Assembly: GCA_964291285.2 (NCBI GenBank)
Contig: OZ219789.1
Coordinates: forward strand, 384,804-448,803
DNA length: 64,000 bases
Origin: Alphaproteobacteria bacterium
GTDB taxonomy: Bacteria > Pseudomonadota > Alphaproteobacteria > Bin95
Direction: 5' to 3'
Position numbers and translations under genes: made by a program. This document shows, one piece after another, positions 59,841-64,000 of this stretch; position 1 is the first letter of the stretch; every line of letters starts with the position of its first letter. The notes beneath the pieces are model-generated. The model did not search any database. It worked only from the letters and a program-made list of their open reading frames with translations, and was not told the DNA's origin.

Positions 59841-60787
59841 CCACTTTCATGCATCGCCTCGAACACTACGTCGCTTATCGCCGTCGCTACGGCATCGATG
59901 GCACCGCCATTGAAGTAATCTTACGTCCGTTCGCTGCCTTCGCCGATGCCGAGGGTGCGGAATGGATTACCGTCGAGCTGTTCCTGCAGTGGAAGGCTCG
60001 GTTCGGTACCGCAGGAACAGTCACCTGGAGGCACCGGCTCTCCATGGTGCGCGGCTTCACGGCGTGGCTCAAAGTCAGCGACCCACGGACGGAAGTTCCG
60101 CCATTGGGGCTGATCCGGAAGGGTGGCAAACGCCCACCTCCGTACATCTACTCGGATGACGAGATTGTCCAGATCATTGCCGAAGCTGCGCGGTTACGCT
60201 CTCCGCTCGGGCTACGAGGAATGACCCATGCTACGCTCTTCGGGCTGCTTGCCGTTACAGGGTTACGACTCGGCGAGGCACTCGGGCTCAACGACCGGGA
60301 TGTCGATGTTGATGCTGCTGTCCTGCATGTCGGGTCCGCCAAGAATGGCAAGAGCCGATTTGTTCCGATCACGGACTGCACTGCCGGTCACCTCGCCGCC
60401 TACCGCGGCGTACGAAATCGGGTCCTCGGCACCGGGCCGGTAGCGTTCTTCACAGGCGATAGCGGGCAGCGGCTACCGATTAGCACGGCCCAGAAAAACT
60501 TCGCAAGAATCCGCCAAGCGATCGGCCTGCGAAAGGATCAGGTCGGGAGAAGGATGCCCCGGTCCGGACCTCGCATTCATGACCTACGGCACACCATGGC
60601 CACGAAGACGATAGTCGACTGGTTCCGACAGGGCCGCGACATCGACCTCGAGATGTACAAGTTGAGCACATACCTGGGTCATACGGACCCCTCGGGGACC
60701 TACTGGTACATCGAAGCGGTGCCGGAACTCCTGCAACTGGCCAGCGAACGGGGTGAACAATCCTTCAGGAATGGAGAGAGATCATGA
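59837..60787 (+). CDS. ritB: RIT recombinase B
   Basis: GTG 59837 overlapping the ritA stop; PYIYS, TGLRLGEA, KNGKSR, HDLRHT, LSTYLGH, TYWY. Confidence 0.9.
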   Translation: MTTFMHRLEHYVAYRRRYGIDGTAIEVILRPFAAFADAEGAEWITVELFLQWKARFGTAGTVTWRHRLSMVRGFTAWLKVSDPRTEVPPLGLIRKGGKRPPPYIYSDDEIVQIIAEAARLRSPLGLRGMTHATLFGLLAVTGLRLGEALGLNDRDVDVDAAVLHVGSAKNGKSRFVPITDCTAGHLAAYRGVRNRVLGTGPVAFFTGDSGQRLPISTAQKNFARIRQAIGLRKDQVGRRMPRSGPRIHDLRHTMATKTIVDWFRQGRDIDLEMYKLSTYLGHTDPSGTYWYIEAVPELLQLASERGEQSFRNGERS

Positions 60788-61773
60788 CGCCGCTTCCCGT
60801 CTACGTTGAACGCTTCTTCACGGAACGCCTTTCAAACCAGTTGAGTGCCAGCCCCAATACAGTGGACAGCTATCGCCGTACATTCCTGCTGCTTCTGAGG
60901 TTTGCTCGAGATCGTCTCGGCCGCGACCCTGTCGACATGCTCGTCAACGACATCGATGCTGAGCTCGTCGGGCGGTTCCTGGACCACATCGAAACCGAGC
61001 GCGGCAATACGGCCCGCAGCCGCAACACCAGGCTGTCGGCAATCCGGTCGTTCTTCGGTTATGTCGCCATTAACGAACCATGTCTCCTCCACCACTGCCA
61101 GCAAGTGATTGCCCTCCCCGCGAAGCGCTACGAGAAGCGCATGATCGCGTACCTGGAACCCGACGAGATCGAGGCACTCCTTGCTGCGCCGGACCTCACA
61201 ACGTGGTACGGGCGGCGGGACAGGACCATCCTCCACGTCTTCGTGCAGACGGGCCTGCGGATCTCGGAGTTGATCGGCCTTGACTGCCGCGATGTCGAAC
61301 TCGGAACCGGCGCCCATGTTCGGTGCCGCGGCAAGGGGAGAAAGGAGCGCGCCACGCCCCTGAGGGGAGACACGGTTGCGGCACTCCGCGCATGGCTCGA
61401 AGAGCACAACGGAGCTGATGACCAGCCATTGTTCGTGAGCAACCGTAACGGTCGTCTGAGCCGCGACGCCGTGGAGCGCATCGTCCGCAAGTACGTCGCG
61501 CTCGCGTCCAAAGAATGTCCGACGCTCAGGCCAAAAAAACTGAGCCCTCACAGTCTGCGACACACGGCTGCGATGGAACTGCTTCAACGCCGTGCCGGCA
61601 CTATCATGATCGCCCTGTGGTTAGGGCACGAATCTATTGAATCGACTCGGATCTATCTCCACGCAAACACCAAGCTCAAGGAGGAAGTTATGGCGCGAAC
61701 GAAACCCGTCGACGCGCCGTGCGGCCGGTACAGGCCGGATGACGCGCTGCTGGCGTTCCTGGAAGGACTGTGA
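60784..61773 (+). CDS. ritC: RIT recombinase C
   Basis: SPNTVDSY, RNTRLSAIRSFF, TGLRISE, GKGRKER, PHSLRHT, IALWLGHES, ends DALLAFLEGL. Confidence 0.9.
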   Translation: MTPLPVYVERFFTERLSNQLSASPNTVDSYRRTFLLLLRFARDRLGRDPVDMLVNDIDAELVGRFLDHIETERGNTARSRNTRLSAIRSFFGYVAINEPCLLHHCQQVIALPAKRYEKRMIAYLEPDEIEALLAAPDLTTWYGRRDRTILHVFVQTGLRISELIGLDCRDVELGTGAHVRCRGKGRKERATPLRGDTVAALRAWLEEHNGADDQPLFVSNRNGRLSRDAVERIVRKYVALASKECPTLRPKKLSPHSLRHTAAMELLQRRAGTIMIALWLGHESIESTRIYLHANTKLKEEVMARTKPVDAPCGRYRPDDALLAFLEGL

Positions 61774-62318
61774 TTATGCCGATAAATCCCGAATGGTAGT
61801 TCGCTAAATCAATGGGTTAGGCAGCAAGAGCGGCATGTTCCAGATGTCGGCTTAATTTCAGTAATGCCGAAATCGGCATTATTGCCAGAAGTTGCGGCGC
61901 TGGGCGGCCTGCAGGGCGTCGACGATCCCGTGGAGCTCGGTGTCCTTCGGTGCGTGGGCGCGGAGGGCCTTGGCGGCGCCGTGGGCGTGGCTGTAGCAGC
62001 CCTCGTAGCAGGCGCCGTCCTGTTGGGAGTGGAACCCGCGGTACCAGATGTTCGACTGGTCCCGGGTGCCACCGCCGTAGAGACGCACGGGGTGGGTGTC
62101 GAGCGCGATGCCGATGATCCCGCAAATGGTCTCGAAGTCCTGGAAGACGTAGTCGTTCCATTCGTCGAAGAGGCCCTGGTCGCGATACCAGGAGCGGGCT
62201 TTCTCCCTGGCGGCGTCGGAGAGCTCGTCGATGGTGAAGACGGTGGTGGTGACGATGCTGGGCATGTGCGTGCTTGCTCCGCGGTGCGGGCTGACAGGTC
62301 GAGGAGCCGGCCTGGAGG

Positions 62319-62825
62319 TCAGGCCGGATCGGGCGGTGGCGGGATGAAGCGGACCGCCTCCTCGAGGCGCCGGCGTGCGACCCGGTCGTGGCGGGGATTG
62401 GCGCGGAACCACCGTTCCGGTTTTCTGCAGAACCAGGCTCCGCTGTCGGCTACGAATCCGTCGCTGTAGGCGATGAAATGGGTGGTGGTGGCGATGACCC
62501 AGGTGCCGGACGGTTCGATGTCGAGCACCCGGCCGATGGTGACGGACCGGATGTCGAAGGGGACGTCGGCGAAGATCCGGTCGTAGGTCTCCTGCCGGCG
62601 GGCATGGCGGCGCTGGAACAGCTTGCGGTGGCGGAGAGCGTAGTCGGGCTTCCATCCGAGCTCGGCCAGGGCGGCGGCGAGCTCGTCCATGTAGGCGCTG
62701 TTGACGTTGGGGCGGTCGAACAGTTTGCGGATGATGGCGGCGGCGTCCTGGGTGTGGATACCGGCGATGGCGCTGATGGCGGAGGGACCGCATTTGGTTG
62801 CCCGGCCCTTGATGCGGTGAAGCAT
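62319..62825 (-). CDS. Hypothetical protein with possible papain/C39-like Cys-His motif
   Basis: GAGGAGG RBS; TKCGPSAISAIAG...WVIATTTHFIAYSDG. Confidence 0.65.
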   Translation of the reverse strand: MLHRIKGRATKCGPSAISAIAGIHTQDAAAIIRKLFDRPNVNSAYMDELAAALAELGWKPDYALRHRKLFQRRHARRQETYDRIFADVPFDIRSVTIGRVLDIEPSGTWVIATTTHFIAYSDGFVADSGAWFCRKPERWFRANPRHDRVARRRLEEAVRFIPPPPDPA

Positions 62826-63120
62826 GGCGTTTCCTCCTCGTCCCGGGGCAAGGGAATTCGCCGCTTCGCCTTCTTTTCTTTCACTCCTGGTTCGAGTTTC
62901 CGGGGATTTACGGATGTTGGCGAACGATCGATGGAGCTGCTTTATGGGTCGGGTAGGAATCGGAGGGAATCAGGATCAGGAGGGACCAAAGTGAGGGTAA
63001 TCATGAATTAGATCGGGCCGCGTTATGTGCAGCGTCGAGACGGAGTTGTTGTGGCAGGCGCGAGGGATAGCAAGTAAGGTTCCGGGAAGGCGAAATAACC
63101 GGCATTCGGAGATCAGCGGA

Positions 63121-64000
63121 ATGTCTCAAGAAGTTGGAACGGGGCCCGATGGAACGGTGGTGCCGGGCGATCTTGACGATGAGCAGCCGGGCGAATTTCA
63201 CGGCAAGTTGGTAGACGAGGCGGCGGCGCTCGGGAACGGGGCGGATTCCGGGGTCGAGGAGGCGCCCGCTCCCGGGAGTGGGGGAGATGCTCCGGACGCG
63301 GCGCCGGCGGAGAGGGGCGACGGTGGGGATCGCGACTGGTCCGAGATCGACCGGCACACGGAGAGGGTTCTCGATGTCCTGCGCAGCGTCCTCGCGAACA
63401 TGGACGAGAAGGGGGAATTGATCCTCGGCAAGCTGCTGAAGAAGACGGAGGAAGAGCTGCAGGGGGCTCTCCGCGACCTGAAGATTCACACTACGGTCTC
63501 TGTCGGCATGGCGGGGCGCGAGCAGGCGGCCGCAGCCTGGCGCGGTCCGGCCGAAGCGCTGCGGCTCTTGGGAGGCGTGCTGACCGGGCTTTCGGAGAAG
63601 GCGGGCCAGGATGCGATCGAGACCAACGAATTCACTGCGATGTTTCCTGTCCTGAAGACGGCCGAGGAGCTGCTTCTGCGGGCCTGCCAGCACGAGGAAG
63701 GCAGGTTGCCGGTGATTGACGAGGCGCTGGGCGGGACGGGGACGCACGGGGCGCGGGTCGGCGTCGCGGCCTCCAGCGTCGGCGAGGCGGTAGCGCTCGT
63801 TGAGAAGATGATGAGGGGAACCGAGACGCCGAGCCGGAAGGCGGTGGCCGTCCTGATTGCCGGCTGCATCGTCCAGCTCGGGGGTGTTTTCGGAGCCGAG
63901 GGCGAGAACTCGGAGTTCGTGCAGCGGGTCGAGCGGTTGCGCCAGGAGCGCGCCGGACCGGTCGAAGGTGCGGAGTCGAACGATGTGAGGGCGTTCCGGG
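63121..64000 (+). CDS. Hypothetical acidic/helical protein, runs off the right edge
   Basis: GGAG upstream; ATG 63121 MSQEVGTGPDG... open for 293 codons to the window end (manual translation). Confidence 0.65.
   Translation, partial: MSQEVGTGPDGTVVPGDLDDEQPGEFHGKLVDEAAALGNGADSGVEEAPAPGSGGDAPDAAPAERGDGGDRDWSEIDRHTERVLDVLRSVLANMDEKGELILGKLLKKTEEELQGALRDLKIHTTVSVGMAGREQAAAAWRGPAEALRLLGGVLTGLSEKAGQDAIETNEFTAMFPVLKTAEELLLRACQHEEGRLPVIDEALGGTGTHGARVGVAASSVGEAVALVEKMMRGTETPSRKAVAVLIAGCIVQLGGVFGAEGENSEFVQRVERLRQERAGPVEGAESNDVRAFR

Larger units (their letters stand above)
58360..61882 (+). mobile_element. RIT (recombinase in trio) element
   Basis: Three overlapping tyrosine recombinases; 85-bp IR 58359-58443 / 61772-61856 (1 mismatch); TGCCA at 58355-58359 and 61883-61887. 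Confidence 0.92.
58093..62265 (-). pseudogene. Conserved ICE/plasmid backbone gene (often labelled antitoxin of TA stability system) split by the RIT element
   Basis: 5' part 61883..62265 ends AAQRRNFWQ; 3' part 58093..58359 starts WQLHATVRQTG...ALRDLAHWLYRQL...NEYTFTKDGKRFG; the halves rejoin in frame at TGCCA. Confidence 0.85.

Overview
GC-rich accessory region with no housekeeping, rRNA or tRNA genes, probably alphaproteobacterial (GTTC-N7-GTTC LexA box, alphaproteobacterial-type porin). It reads as a mosaic of stacked, partly decayed integrative elements plus a defence island. Mobility: three tandem pairs of arm-type tyrosine integrases; a RIT (recombinase-in-trio) element with 85-bp inverted repeats that splits a host gene; an IS701-family element with a passenger gene (5-bp TSD); an IS5-family element; an unclassified IS with 21-bp IRs; and an IS66 derivative carrying a DUF4338/DruA-like gene, with 132-bp perfect IRs and an 8-bp TSD. 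Defence and modification: partial SNF2 helicase, three TA pairs plus an orphan PIN gene, DUF5131 + TcmP, one intact and one IS-truncated Type IIG R-M enzyme, a Mrr-like fragment, a DSR1-like sirtuin, an RHH-REase-MTase operon with a frameshifted REase, SRAP and two Uma2 genes. Surface module: a (CGCCTCG)25 repeat upstream of porin, TbpB-barrel lipoprotein and Slam (type XI secretion), abutting an integrase pair. Best leads are the recurring dual-integrase modules with a 27-bp candidate att repeat about 31 kb apart, the repeat-preceded T11SS cassette, the DUF5131/TcmP pair, and two elements with unusually long terminal inverted repeats. Family calls come from motif recognition by eye, not from database searches.
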